A DNA stretch of 64,000 bases from Bacteroidota bacterium (GTDB taxonomy: Bacteria > Bacteroidota > Bacteroidia > Bacteroidales > Lentimicrobiaceae): positions 117,186 to 181,185 of the forward strand of contig WSXU01000001.1 in the NCBI GenBank assembly GCA_009773455.1. The letters run 5' to 3'. The position numbers and the translations under genes are program-made. Below, in pieces: positions 18,941 through 29,561 of the stretch. Within the stretch, counting starts at the first letter, position 1. Every line of letters starts with the position of its first letter. The notes beneath the pieces are model-generated. The model did not search any database, had not been told where the DNA came from, and saw only the letters and a list, made by a program, of their open reading frames with translations.

Positions 18941-21514
18941 ATGCCCGATTCGCTCTATTCTGACAAATACAAAGGTCTCAGCCGGCAGGATGTTGCAGCC
19001 AGACTCATCTCTGAAGGATACAATGAATTGCCATCTTCAAAACCCAAAGGTGTATGGCAGATCGCCTTGGGTGTTATCAAAGAACCCATGTTCCTGTTAC
19101 TGGTCGCCTGTGGAAGCCTTTACCTTATCCTCGGCGATATCCAGGAAGGGTTAATGCTCCTTGGTTTTGTGTTTGTGGTCATGGGCATAGAATTCTATCA
19201 GGAGAAAAAGACCGAAAAGGCGCTGGATGCCCTGAAAGACCTGGCAAGTCCAAGGGCCCTTGTTATCCGCGGAGGTGAAACCATCCGGATCCCCGGAAGG
19301 GAAGTGGTGGTAGGCGACATCGTTGTTCTTCAGGAAGGCGACAGGGTTCCCGCCGATGCGCAGGTCTTGAGCAGTGTTAATCTGCTCGCGGATGAATCGC
19401 TTCTGACCGGAGAACCGGTACCTGTCCGAAAACGTGAATGGAAAGAAGATGATCTGACTTTCATACCGGGTGGTGATGATATCCCTTTTGTTTACTCCGG
19501 ATCTATGATCGTTCAGGGCAACGGTATTGTGAGGGTAACGGCCACCGCGATGCAAACCGAGATCGGTAAAATCGGCAAGGCTCTGGAGTCGGTTAAAGAA
19601 GAACCTACCCAGCTCAAGCGGGAGATGGGCACCCTGGTAAAACGTCTCGCCATCATTGGGGTTACCCTGTGTATCCTGGTAATCGCCATTTATACCATGA
19701 CCAGGGGAGATTTGCTGAAGGGTTTTCTGGCCGGAATCACCCTCGCCATGGCAATGCTGCCTGAAGAGTTTCCGGTTGTCTTAACCATCTTCCTTGCCCT
19801 GGGGGCATGGCGGATGTCAAAAAAGAATGTGCTAACCCGCAAACCTGCCGCAGTTGAGACTTTGGGCTCGGCAACCGTGCTTTGTACCGACAAAACCGGT
19901 ACATTAACACAAAACAGGATGACCGTTACCCGGTTATACAACGGAAAGGATTTTCATAAAGTAATAGCCGGAGGAGATTTCCCGGATCCCTTCCATGAAA
20001 TCATTGAATACGGAATCCTCTCGAGCCAGGCCAACCCCTTCGATCCGATGGAAAGGGCCATCATCAACACGGGTGATCAGTTCCTGGCGAATACCGAACA
20101 TATCCATACCGACTGGGCAATGGAAAAGGAATATCCGCTGTCGCGCGACCTGTTGGCCATGTCAAGAGTATTTTCAAATACCGGATCAAAGGAAAAGGTG
20201 ATCGCTGCCAAAGGTGCTCCGGAAGCCATTTTTGACCTCTGCCATCTGAGCAAAGCCACTACCGAAACTTATGAAAAAGCCATTGCTGAAATGGCTTCAG
20301 ATGGTTTAAGGGTTTTAGGGGTCGCAAGGGCTGCACTGACCCCCGGAAATCTTCCGGAGATTCAGCATGATTTTGATTTTGAATTCGTTGGACTGATCGG
20401 GCTTTCGGATCCTGTACGTGAGAACGTAACAGCAGCTGTAAGCGAGTGTTACAAAGCAGGTATACGGGTAATCATGATTACCGGAGATTACCCTGTAACG
20501 GCTGCTAATATAGGAAGAGAGATCGGTATAAGAAACCCGGGACTCTGCATCACAGGACCGGAACTTCAGGCTATGACCGAAGATGAACTGTGTGAACGTA
20601 TCAGGGAAGTGAATATATTCGCCCGTGTCGTTCCGGAACAAAAACTGAAAATTGTCAATGCCCTTAAAAGAAACAATGAGATTGTTGCCATGACCGGCGA
20701 TGGCGTGAACGATGCCCCCGCGCTGAAGGCAGCCAATATCGGTATTGCCATGGGAGAAAAAGGTACCGATGTTGCCAGGGAAGCTTCTTCGCTTGTGCTG
20801 ATGGACGACAATTTTGCTTCCATCGTCGGTGCAGTCAAAATGGGTCGCAGGATCTTTGACAACCTTCAGAAGGCGCTCGGATACATTTTCGCCATACACG
20901 TTCCGATTGCCGGTCTGTCACTCATTCCGGTTCTTTTTGCCGACCTTCCGCTTATTCTCTGGCCTGTTCATATCGTATTTCTTGAATTGATCATAGATCC
21001 GGCCTGTTCCATCATTTTCGAAGCGGAACGCGAAGAGAAAAATGTGATGTCCAGACCCCCGAAAGACATCAATGAACCCTTTTTCGGGGCGAAGAAAATA
21101 CTGCTGAGTTGTACACAGGGTATTGGAATCCTTGTCATCAGTCTGCTGGTATATTTTACCGGAATACGAATGGGATACACTGAAAACGCTGTCAGAACAT
21201 TGACTTTTGTAACCCTGATCGCTTCAAATATTGCCGTAATTCTTTCCAACCGTTCCTGGACAAACAACATATTCCGTATCCTCGTTACCCCAAACAGAGC
21301 TGTGAAATGGGTCGTTGGCGGAGCAGTCTTCTTTCTGATCCTTATCCTGAATATACCTTTCCTGCTTGATCTTTTCCAGTTTGAACGCATCTCTGTTATG
21401 GAAACCGGAATCTGCGCAGTTGCCGGATTATTCAGCATTACTTGGTTTGAGGTTTACAAACTTTACAATTATAACCATCAAAGGACACTTTCAATAAATC
21501 CTGTAAGAGAATGA
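18941..21514 (+). CDS. Cation-translocating P-type ATPase (P2-like, PEEFP variant)
   Basis: DESLLTGE, LPEEFP, DKTGTLT phosphorylation site, KGAPE, MITGD, TGDGVNDAPAL. Confidence 0.93.
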   Translation: MPDSLYSDKYKGLSRQDVAARLISEGYNELPSSKPKGVWQIALGVIKEPMFLLLVACGSLYLILGDIQEGLMLLGFVFVVMGIEFYQEKKTEKALDALKDLASPRALVIRGGETIRIPGREVVVGDIVVLQEGDRVPADAQVLSSVNLLADESLLTGEPVPVRKREWKEDDLTFIPGGDDIPFVYSGSMIVQGNGIVRVTATAMQTEIGKIGKALESVKEEPTQLKREMGTLVKRLAIIGVTLCILVIAIYTMTRGDLLKGFLAGITLAMAMLPEEFPVVLTIFLALGAWRMSKKNVLTRKPAAVETLGSATVLCTDKTGTLTQNRMTVTRLYNGKDFHKVIAGGDFPDPFHEIIEYGILSSQANPFDPMERAIINTGDQFLANTEHIHTDWAMEKEYPLSRDLLAMSRVFSNTGSKEKVIAAKGAPEAIFDLCHLSKATTETYEKAIAEMASDGLRVLGVARAALTPGNLPEIQHDFDFEFVGLIGLSDPVRENVTAAVSECYKAGIRVIMITGDYPVTAANIGREIGIRNPGLCITGPELQAMTEDELCERIREVNIFARVVPEQKLKIVNALKRNNEIVAMTGDGVNDAPALKAANIGIAMGEKGTDVAREASSLVLMDDNFASIVGAVKMGRRIFDNLQKALGYIFAIHVPIAGLSLIPVLFADLPLILWPVHIVFLELIIDPACSIIFEAEREEKNVMSRPPKDINEPFFGAKKILLSCTQGIGILVISLLVYFTGIRMGYTENAVRTLTFVTLIASNIAVILSNRSWTNNIFRILVTPNRAVKWVVGGAVFFLILILNIPFLLDLFQFERISVMETGICAVAGLFSITWFEVYKLYNYNHQRTLSINPVRE

Positions 21515-22161
21515 AAACAGAAATCAACAGGGAGATTAACTTCTGGAATTCTTTTTCAGGCAGATACGATAACTTTATAAGATATACACTTGGCAATACC
21601 TATCAGTTACTTTTTAAAAAACTGAAGGAAGATGTCACCGGCACGGAGAATATCCTTGAAATCGCTACCGGCACAGGTTTACTTTCGTTCGAAATCTGCA
21701 GAGTGGTGAATCACATCGATGCCATTGACATTGCCCCGGAAATGATCCGGATCGCACAGAAAAAGCAGGCAGAAATGCATGCCCTTAACATTGATTTCGG
21801 GGTTGGCGACACTTCCAATCTGCAGTTCAGGGATGGCTCCTTTGACAAAGTTATTGCATCTAATGTGCTGCACCTGCTCGAAGATCCCGATGAAGCGCTT
21901 TCTGAAATCAACCGCGTACTGAAACCGGAAGGGAAGGCCTTTCTGATCACATTCTGTCATGGCGAAAACCTCCGGAGCCGTCTTTTATCAAGGTTTATGG
22001 AACTTTCAGGCTTCAAAGCCAGAAACAGGTGGACTACAAAAAGCTATGCATCTTTCATCAAAGCCAATGGATTTGAGATTCTGACCATGGAAATCATGCC
22101 TGGTAAAATTCCCCTCGTTTATATTATTGCCTGCAAAACGACCATCAGGCAACCATCCTAA
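21511..22161 (+). CDS. Class I SAM-dependent methyltransferase
   Basis: ILEIATGTG, IDIAPEM, FDKV..NVLH, RVLKPEG; 4-bp overlap with the ATPase stop. Confidence 0.88.
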   Translation: MKTEINREINFWNSFSGRYDNFIRYTLGNTYQLLFKKLKEDVTGTENILEIATGTGLLSFEICRVVNHIDAIDIAPEMIRIAQKKQAEMHALNIDFGVGDTSNLQFRDGSFDKVIASNVLHLLEDPDEALSEINRVLKPEGKAFLITFCHGENLRSRLLSRFMELSGFKARNRWTTKSYASFIKANGFEILTMEIMPGKIPLVYIIACKTTIRQPS

Positions 22162-22311
22162 CAGCAACCCGAAAATGGAATAACGTTTTGGTCTGACCCC
22201 ATCCTATCAATGGGGAAATGACTATAATATGATATATTATTTATAATAATTCTAAATAACAATAATTTATACACTATCTTTATAATATTATTAACCTCAA
22301 AATCAATCATT

Positions 22312-23046
22312 ATGAAAAGAAGTTTATTCCTTGCAGGTATTGTTTTATTGCTTGTTGGCAATGTATTTCCCCAGCAGGCTGCCGATAAACCTGTGGTGGT
22401 TTTCGAAAATCTCTACCTGCTTCCCAAGCGTGGCATGGAAGACAAGTTTGAAGCTGCCATCAAAGCACATAATCAGAAATTCCATCCCGATGGCCCTTAT
22501 AAGGCAGTCCTTCGCAAAGTGGAATATGGTGAAAAGGCAGGGTGGTATGTCTGGGTTTTCGGTCCTGCAACATATTCAGCCCTGGACACCAGACCTGACA
22601 AAGAAAACGGACATGCCGACGACTGGTCGAAAACCGTCGACCCGCTCATCGAAACTTATGGAAATTCAACGTTGTGGGAGTTAAACGAGGATTTGTCGTT
22701 TGGCAGGGAAATCATGAAAAATTCGAATTATTATGAGGCCTGGATTGTTGACCTTAAACGCGACCAATACTACAGGTTCAAGACACTGACAGAAAAGCTG
22801 AAAAAAGCCTATGAATCTGCCGGAAAAACCGCCTTCCTGGTCTACAACAATCCGCTTCATACAGGGGATAATGCTGATGTAGCTATTCTCTGGAGTTTCA
22901 ATTCCTACGACGAGTGGTCGAAAGACCCGGGAGCAAAAGATTCCTATGAAAAACTCTATGGAGCCGGAAGCTGGCAGAATATGGTTAATGAATGGATGGA
23001 TATTACGGTCGATTATAAATCCGAAATAAGGAAAATAATCAAATAG
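22312..23046 (+). CDS. Secreted hypothetical protein, possibly two dimeric alpha/beta-barrel (NIPSNAP-like) domains
   Basis: Signal peptide MKRSLFLAGIVLLLVG; two similar halves; followed by a terminator. Confidence 0.7.
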   Translation: MKRSLFLAGIVLLLVGNVFPQQAADKPVVVFENLYLLPKRGMEDKFEAAIKAHNQKFHPDGPYKAVLRKVEYGEKAGWYVWVFGPATYSALDTRPDKENGHADDWSKTVDPLIETYGNSTLWELNEDLSFGREIMKNSNYYEAWIVDLKRDQYYRFKTLTEKLKKAYESAGKTAFLVYNNPLHTGDNADVAILWSFNSYDEWSKDPGAKDSYEKLYGAGSWQNMVNEWMDITVDYKSEIRKIIK

Positions 23047-23057
23047 ACCGGGACATT

Positions 23058-23097
23058 AAAAAGACAGCTGGAACAATTTGTTCCGGCTGTCTTTTTT
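23058..23097. terminator. Long bidirectional terminator hairpin
   Basis: AAAAAGACAGCTGGAACAA-T-TTGTTCCGGCTGTCTTTTT between convergent genes. Confidence 0.8.
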
Positions 23098-23173
23098 AAT
23101 GGGATTCCCCTTGATCTTAATCCTGACAATGTTCAGGTCATCAATAGCCGAATACGACGATTTTTGCCTGTGA

Positions 23174-25258
23174 CTATTGCTTTACAAATTTCTTCATCAT
23201 GACGTTGCCTGCTGCTTCACAACGCAAAAAATAGATGCCCCCGGGCAATGTTCTGACATCCATGGTTATGTTCTTCTGACCAGACACCTCTACCCGTTCT
23301 GTGGCAACAATCTTACCCAAAGGATTGACAATGGAAACTGCAACAACAGCCGGCTTTTTAAGGCTCAGACTGATGTTTGCCACGTCGGTGACAGGGTTGG
23401 GAAAAATCACCGGTTCCGTTTCAAAAATTTCACCATCGGCCAGACCCAGGAAGATGATCTCATTCGCAAGAACTACCATCTTTATTTCTGAGGCGGTCTG
23501 ATTTACCGCATCAAGCGAAACAGTATGGGGATAAACCGATTTACCGGCCAGTTCAGCATATACCTGGTAGGTACCATAAGCCAGATCAGGGAAACTGAAA
23601 GTACCATCGGTGGCAGTATAGGTCACCATGGCAATTCCTCCTGGTGCCTGGAGAATTACCGGAATACCCTCTGATTTTAAACCATAGACAATGGTTCCGC
23701 TGATGCTTCCGGGCCCCTGGGGTGCATTGGTTACTGCCACAAGGTGAATGTGTGCATCATCCGTACCGCCTGTCAGGTTGATTATACCGGCATCTTCCCA
23801 GTGGAGCACATCCCCATAATAGGTAGGCAGGTAATCACCGTAATAAACCGAACCGGGTCCGGGCTCTGCTTTGGTTATATACTGGGCTGCTGCAAGGCCG
23901 CTGAATTCATACCATCCCAGTTCGCCGACCATTTCGGCAAAAACATCCACCACTTCACCTTCCAGCATCTTATACCCATAGGCGAACCCGGTTTCAATCG
24001 GGTTCTCACCGGCATAAACACGTCCGGCAATAAAATAAAATCCGCTCAGGGCCACATCAAGTGTTGAAAAACCTTCAACAGCTGTGGTATCTTCTACGGT
24101 AAGAGTCTGATACCCGTTTTTTGAGAATGTCACATTGTAGCTGCCCGGTTCAAGTGGCAATTCATAGTATCCATTGTTGTTGGTAAACACCTGATGTTCC
24201 CCGACCTTCACTTTTGCTTCATTGATGGCATAGCCGGTTGCGGCATCTGTTATATAACCCCTGAAACCTGCTGTAACCGGGCTGGAAACATGCATCACAT
24301 TGTGGACAAAAAGTTCTGCAAAATCCGGCAGACTGGTCACGCATCTCAGTTCCTGTTCATAACTTCCCGGATTAAAACCTGCTGAACTGTATTTTATCCA
24401 GATGGTTTCCTGTGTTCCCGGCTGCAATGTCAGGGCTGAAGGCGTAACAGAGGTTATAAATCCCCTGTTCAGGTCGAAGCGAAGTGCCATTTCGGAATGA
24501 ACATAGGTTTCATTCATTGACACCTGAAGCCCGAGTTCAGGATTGTAAGACTGAATGCCAATGGTAGCGCTGTTGGTTTCGAAGTTCTCCGTAACCTGCC
24601 TGTACCTGATGAGAATGGTTCCATTCATCATCATAACTACCTGGGCTGTAATAAATGATTCAGTCCCGGGGTAATGAACCATTTTATTGAACTGAACAAT
24701 GGTCTTTTCTTCAAAATTCTTAAAATAGATCCTGGTGATGGCCGTATCGATGGCCAGGTCATCCCAGAACCATGCGATGAAATCGGTATAATTACTGTTG
24801 GTAGGGATCGAACCGTTGGCAAATGGCAGCAATTGCTGGTTGAAACCTATGCTGCCATTGGAATTAATCCAGAAGATATTTTTATTCTCCCCGTAAAAGG
24901 GGAAATCAATATCCATTTCATAAGGTCCCGCGACCATGTCATCACCCAGCCCTTCAACGGGTATACCGGTTTCAGCTATGTCGGTCCAGGCCCAGTCCGG
25001 CCCGTTGGGTTCATCACTGTCGATCCATGAATAGCCAAAATCATCGGGTCCGCCCTGTTCCCTACTGGTTAGGCCGGTAAACGAAAACTGCACCGGAATT
25101 TCCGAAACGTTCCTCAACACGGTATGAACAACAGCTGAATCATTGACTCCAACTGTAGCCTCAAGTGCCTGTGGATCAAAATATACCGGAGCCTGAGCTT
25201 TCAGGCTGACCGTTGAAATGCATAACATCAGTAAAAATAAAACGGAGAAGTTTTTCAT
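23174..25258 (-). CDS. T9SS cargo protein with carboxypeptidase-regulatory-like/Ig domains
   Basis: Signal peptide from 25258 (MKNFSVLF); GGPDDFGYSWIDS module; GYITDAATG..PGSYNVTFSKNGY; IFPNPV..LPGGIYFL..KKFVK CTD. Confidence 0.82.
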   Translation of the reverse strand: MKNFSVLFLLMLCISTVSLKAQAPVYFDPQALEATVGVNDSAVVHTVLRNVSEIPVQFSFTGLTSREQGGPDDFGYSWIDSDEPNGPDWAWTDIAETGIPVEGLGDDMVAGPYEMDIDFPFYGENKNIFWINSNGSIGFNQQLLPFANGSIPTNSNYTDFIAWFWDDLAIDTAITRIYFKNFEEKTIVQFNKMVHYPGTESFITAQVVMMMNGTILIRYRQVTENFETNSATIGIQSYNPELGLQVSMNETYVHSEMALRFDLNRGFITSVTPSALTLQPGTQETIWIKYSSAGFNPGSYEQELRCVTSLPDFAELFVHNVMHVSSPVTAGFRGYITDAATGYAINEAKVKVGEHQVFTNNNGYYELPLEPGSYNVTFSKNGYQTLTVEDTTAVEGFSTLDVALSGFYFIAGRVYAGENPIETGFAYGYKMLEGEVVDVFAEMVGELGWYEFSGLAAAQYITKAEPGPGSVYYGDYLPTYYGDVLHWEDAGIINLTGGTDDAHIHLVAVTNAPQGPGSISGTIVYGLKSEGIPVILQAPGGIAMVTYTATDGTFSFPDLAYGTYQVYAELAGKSVYPHTVSLDAVNQTASEIKMVVLANEIIFLGLADGEIFETEPVIFPNPVTDVANISLSLKKPAVVAVSIVNPLGKIVATERVEVSGQKNITMDVRTLPGGIYFLRCEAAGNVMMKKFVKQ

Positions 25259-25444
25259 GATGGATAGGGTTGGATTCTGAAGAAAAAAGACCGATAATGC
25301 ACACAAATATAAGCCATTCCAATAATTTGTCAAGTGGAATATATATAGAATCCTGAATTTCATAAAAGGTAATCCCGGCTCTGAAACTTTACAGGAATAT
25401 GTATGGAAAAAAGAATGTTACTGTAATAAAAGCTGATGGTTATT

Positions 25445-27013
25445 CTATATCCTGATAAAATCCCGCCAGTGACTTTGTCCTGAATAATCGACTGTTACCA
25501 TAGCTTTCGTATTAAATGACCAAGAATTCAAACGGCTGCTGAGTTCCTGGCGGAGCATGTCAAGGGTATTGGTAATCATGTCTTCGTGAAACCCACGGTT
25601 CCCGATCTCAATCACCATCTCCATCGAGATTATGCGTCCCAGAACTTTGCCCAGTTCAACCAGTTTCCGCTGGGGCAACTGCAGATTCAGGTCAAAGTTG
25701 ACCATCTCCTTCAACTGCTCGGCCGATTTTCCGGTAAGGCTGAAATCCTTAAGAAACCGGTAAAGATTGGTTTCTTTTGCCTGCTTCATCAGTTTAACGA
25801 CTGCCTCGGATATTTGTGCATACAGAATATCGTTCGAACCTTCGAATACCTGGAACGGCCGGCTGTCGACTATGGCACGTCCGGCAATGTGGTTAAGTCT
25901 GTACCCCTTTGCCCCCACCAGTTGAAACAGGTGCTGGGCCGATTCCTGCATCAGGTCGGTCGAGACCGACTTCACTGCATTGGCCTTCAGTCCCTGGTCT
26001 GCCAGATCGGTACCTGTTCCGGCATTTTCACCGGTATGGGCACAAATGGCTGAGGTGATGGTAAAAGCCGACTGAATGCTTGAGAGCCTGTGCTGAACCT
26101 GATCGTATCCAAAAAGACTCTTCGCACCGACAAACCGGCGCTGGCAGTGATCAATCGCTTCATCCAGCATTCGTTTGGTGAAACCCATAGCCATCGAAGG
26201 TATCTGCAGACGGCTCCTGTGCAGGCTGTCCTGCAGCATGGCGATGCCGTTGGTCCTTGGCTCCAGCCGGTAAACCTTCGGGATACGGACATCAATCTTA
26301 TTGCGTCCATAGGGAATCATGTACAATCCCAGGTTTTCGAAATACTCTTCCACCTCTATGCCCTGCCCTGGTTTGTTGTTGTCACTGATAAAGAATTCAA
26401 TGTCGCGCATCAGGTCACCCCCGGCTGTCTTCCTGCGGGCGGTGAGCAGCCAGTAATCGGCCCAGCCGGTGAGTCCGGCCCAGTGCTTGGTCCCCTTCAG
26501 GTGGTAATGCTCCTTTGCTTCGGTAAACGATGTCTGCATATTCAGTGCATCGCTGCCATGGTTGGGTTCGGTGATCATCAGCCCTCCCATTTTTTTATCC
26601 TCCACAAAGCCTTTAAAAACGGGGCCCTTGATCATATCGTTGCCGTATTTGGCAAGGGGCTGAAGAAACAGACCCCAGTTGATACCAAGGGTAAGACCGA
26701 GCGCCAGCGATTCATAAGAAGCTGTCGAAACCACCTCTATCCCTTCGTGCACATGTGCGCCTCTTCCTCCATAAGTTTCCGGAATAAAAGCAAGCATCGG
26801 GTCCGCTGCAAGGACCTCTCTCATAACAAAAGGTGGCAGACCACGACGGGTTCCAAGATCATCAGCAGTTGCCCGCTGATGAAAAACTGCCTCGAGGCGG
26901 TTCCTGAAATTCTGAATAAAAACCGAAAAAGGTAACTGAGGTGCTTTGATGCGTGTATTCAGGGATATAAGCGGTTGCGGAAGTTCCATGTCAGGGTTTG
27001 TTATAAATGTCAT
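25445..27013 (-). CDS. Acyl-CoA dehydrogenase family protein
   Basis: MITEPNHGSDA, LKGTKHWAG, VGAKGY, QVFEGSNDI. Confidence 0.88.
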   Translation of the reverse strand: MTFITNPDMELPQPLISLNTRIKAPQLPFSVFIQNFRNRLEAVFHQRATADDLGTRRGLPPFVMREVLAADPMLAFIPETYGGRGAHVHEGIEVVSTASYESLALGLTLGINWGLFLQPLAKYGNDMIKGPVFKGFVEDKKMGGLMITEPNHGSDALNMQTSFTEAKEHYHLKGTKHWAGLTGWADYWLLTARRKTAGGDLMRDIEFFISDNNKPGQGIEVEEYFENLGLYMIPYGRNKIDVRIPKVYRLEPRTNGIAMLQDSLHRSRLQIPSMAMGFTKRMLDEAIDHCQRRFVGAKSLFGYDQVQHRLSSIQSAFTITSAICAHTGENAGTGTDLADQGLKANAVKSVSTDLMQESAQHLFQLVGAKGYRLNHIAGRAIVDSRPFQVFEGSNDILYAQISEAVVKLMKQAKETNLYRFLKDFSLTGKSAEQLKEMVNFDLNLQLPQRKLVELGKVLGRIISMEMVIEIGNRGFHEDMITNTLDMLRQELSSRLNSWSFNTKAMVTVDYSGQSHWRDFIRI

Positions 27014-27338
27014 CTGGAAAAAGCCTTTGGTTCAATCTTCCCCTTCAGGGCTTCACTGAACATAGCAGGCAAAAGAACCGGGCCAATGATTCGAACAGGG
27101 AATAATCAACCCGGGCACGGCACATAAAAATACCCTGCCTGACCGTGATTGTCCTGTCTCCGGTAGTGCGGGGTGGATGTAAAAAGTCACAGAAAAAACA
27201 GAATGTGTCGTTGTATTATAAATAAACAACGCTTCGGTATTAATGTTTTACAGGCCGATCGGGCTTCAATGACAGACTTTGTTTTTATTTGATAAAAGTC
27301 ACCAAAACAGGAACAGACACAATGATGCTATCAGGAGA

Positions 27339-29561
27339 TTAGCTATTGGCCTCATGTTGGAGCAACCCCTCCACAAAATACATATCAACCGTGCCTTTGT
27401 TTTTGGCCTCAATCTTGCCACGGTGCGTGCACCTGAATCTGTCCGAAATCCTTTCGAAGGTCATCTGCGACACATTTACCTTACCTACTTCACCGCTTGA
27501 TTCCATGCGTGAAGCGAGGTTTACCGTATCGCCCCAGATATCATACTGGAATTTTTTAATACCAACGATGCCTGCCACGACAGGGCCGGTGTGAATGCCC
27601 AGCCTCAATTCAAAATATGGCCTGTTTTCCAGTATCCTCTGCTTTTTCATGTCAGCCATAAACACCTGTATTTCAAGGGCAGCATTCACCACATCGGCAG
27701 CATTGGTGCGGTTGGCCACCGGCAGGCCGCCTGCGCACATGTAGGCGTCACCGATCGTCTTTATCTTCTCAATGCCGTAGCGTGTGATGATCTCATCAAA
27801 CCTTCGGAAACAGATATCGATCTCCGTAACCAGTTCACCCGGGCTCAGTTGCTCGGCCATGGTGGTAAACCCCTTGAAATCGGTAAAAAGCACGGTAACC
27901 TCATCAAAATGACGTGCTTCTGCATGCCCCTTCAATTTCAGCTCTTCAGCAACTTCGGCGGGTAAAATGTTGAGCAGCAATTCTTCCGAACGGTCCTTTT
28001 CCTTCTGTATGATCGCCCTTGATTTACGGATATACCTGAGGCGGCTCAATAAACCTCCGGCCATGACCAACACACCAAGTCCGGAAAAGAGAAAGATGTT
28101 TTTCCGGTTTTTCTGTCGGTTGATCTCGAGCTCCGAAAGCAGTTTCTCCTCCAGCATCTTTTTATCAAACCCATACTGCAGCTCCTTCCGGGCTATTTCT
28201 TCAATGTTTTCCTGATTCAGGAGGGTGTCCTTCAAACTTGTAAACAGGCCCAGGTATTTGAAAGCGCTGTCATATTGTTTGGTGCCGGAAAATAATTCTG
28301 TCAGGCCCTGTAATGCATCCTTTTCGGGATAAAGCGCACCGATTTCAAGAGCCAGCGTCCTGGCCTTGCGCAGATAAACTGCACTTCTGACAAAATCGCC
28401 TGTAAGTCTGCTTACATCCCCCAACCCGACCAGGTTGTATATCATGCTGCTTATATCACCAATCGAATCGTTGATAGCAATTGCTTTATTATAATAATTT
28501 AAGGCTTCGGGGTAATTCCCTGAATCTTCATGCACCCTGGCGATGCTGTTGTAGGCCAGTGCGACCCCACCCTTATCACCTGCACCAGTTGAAATATCTA
28601 GTACCCGGTTAAAGTATTCCAGGGCTTTGGTGAAGTTGTTCTCTGCCGAATAGGTTATTCCGATATTGCCAAGGCTGTAAAGCAAGGCCCCTTCATTCCC
28701 TGATTTTGCCAGCAGGTTATAGGCCCGCAGAAAATAACTCCGCGCTTTGGCAAATTGCTCCAGGCTGAGATAAATAATACCGATGTTGTTGAGGTTATTG
28801 GAGATCTCCACATCATTTTTGATCCGTTCATTGATCTTAAGCGCAGCCAGAAAGTACTCCAGAGCTTTCGGGTGATTGCCCTGACTGGTCTGAATGTTGC
28901 CCAAATTGTTCAGGCATTTGGCCTGCTTCATTTCATCACCGGCAAGCCTGAACTGTTCATAGGCCTGCAGTGTATAGTCTTCCGCAGCATAATAATTACT
29001 CATATCCTGATAGGCACTTCCGATATGATAGAGGTTGATCCCTATATCCGTTTTGTTGCCCATATCCTTTTCCATCTTTAGCGCTGCCTGATATTCTGCA
29101 ATCGCCTTTTCCGGTTTTCCATAGATCGCCCAGATGCGTCCGATTTTAAACAGGACTTTTGCTTCCCCATTCCTGTCAGCTGCCTTTTGCCAGAGTTGAA
29201 TGGCAAGTGTGAAAACTGAATCTGCCTTTTTCTGCTGATCTGTAGTAAGATAACCTCTGCCTTTTAAAAGCTGAGCTGCAGAGAGGTAACGATTCCTGAT
29301 GGTTTTATAGTTACCATCTGGTTTTGAGCGTATCATCGCTTCCAGTTCTGTAACATAGCCGATGCTTGCCCCGGGATCCGAGAAAACCAACATATCGGCC
29401 AGGGTTACAAGCAGGTTGGCACGTGTGGAATCGCTGGCAGTATGCTTTTTCAGCAGTAATTTCAGGCTGTCAGCTTCCTGCTGTGCGGCAACCGGCTGGC
29501 TGAAATAAAACAACAGCAATAAATAAATGGCAGATATGCAAAACGGGGCCGGTCGGTTCAT
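27339..29561 (-). CDS. TPR-repeat, single-TM class III adenylate cyclase
   Basis: N-terminal TPR repeats, TM IFLFSGLGVLVMAGGLL, VLFTDFKGFT, EKIKTIGDAYM, YDIWGDTVNLASRMES (Lys/Asp pattern typical of ATP use); start 29561 preferred over 29642. Confidence 0.88.
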   Translation of the reverse strand: MNRPAPFCISAIYLLLLFYFSQPVAAQQEADSLKLLLKKHTASDSTRANLLVTLADMLVFSDPGASIGYVTELEAMIRSKPDGNYKTIRNRYLSAAQLLKGRGYLTTDQQKKADSVFTLAIQLWQKAADRNGEAKVLFKIGRIWAIYGKPEKAIAEYQAALKMEKDMGNKTDIGINLYHIGSAYQDMSNYYAAEDYTLQAYEQFRLAGDEMKQAKCLNNLGNIQTSQGNHPKALEYFLAALKINERIKNDVEISNNLNNIGIIYLSLEQFAKARSYFLRAYNLLAKSGNEGALLYSLGNIGITYSAENNFTKALEYFNRVLDISTGAGDKGGVALAYNSIARVHEDSGNYPEALNYYNKAIAINDSIGDISSMIYNLVGLGDVSRLTGDFVRSAVYLRKARTLALEIGALYPEKDALQGLTELFSGTKQYDSAFKYLGLFTSLKDTLLNQENIEEIARKELQYGFDKKMLEEKLLSELEINRQKNRKNIFLFSGLGVLVMAGGLLSRLRYIRKSRAIIQKEKDRSEELLLNILPAEVAEELKLKGHAEARHFDEVTVLFTDFKGFTTMAEQLSPGELVTEIDICFRRFDEIITRYGIEKIKTIGDAYMCAGGLPVANRTNAADVVNAALEIQVFMADMKKQRILENRPYFELRLGIHTGPVVAGIVGIKKFQYDIWGDTVNLASRMESSGEVGKVNVSQMTFERISDRFRCTHRGKIEAKNKGTVDMYFVEGLLQHEANS

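Noticed and set aside
27088-27096. T-loop-like GTTCGAATC on the minus strand as a tRNA
   Set aside because: No pairing T-stem, acceptor stem or cloverleaf around it.
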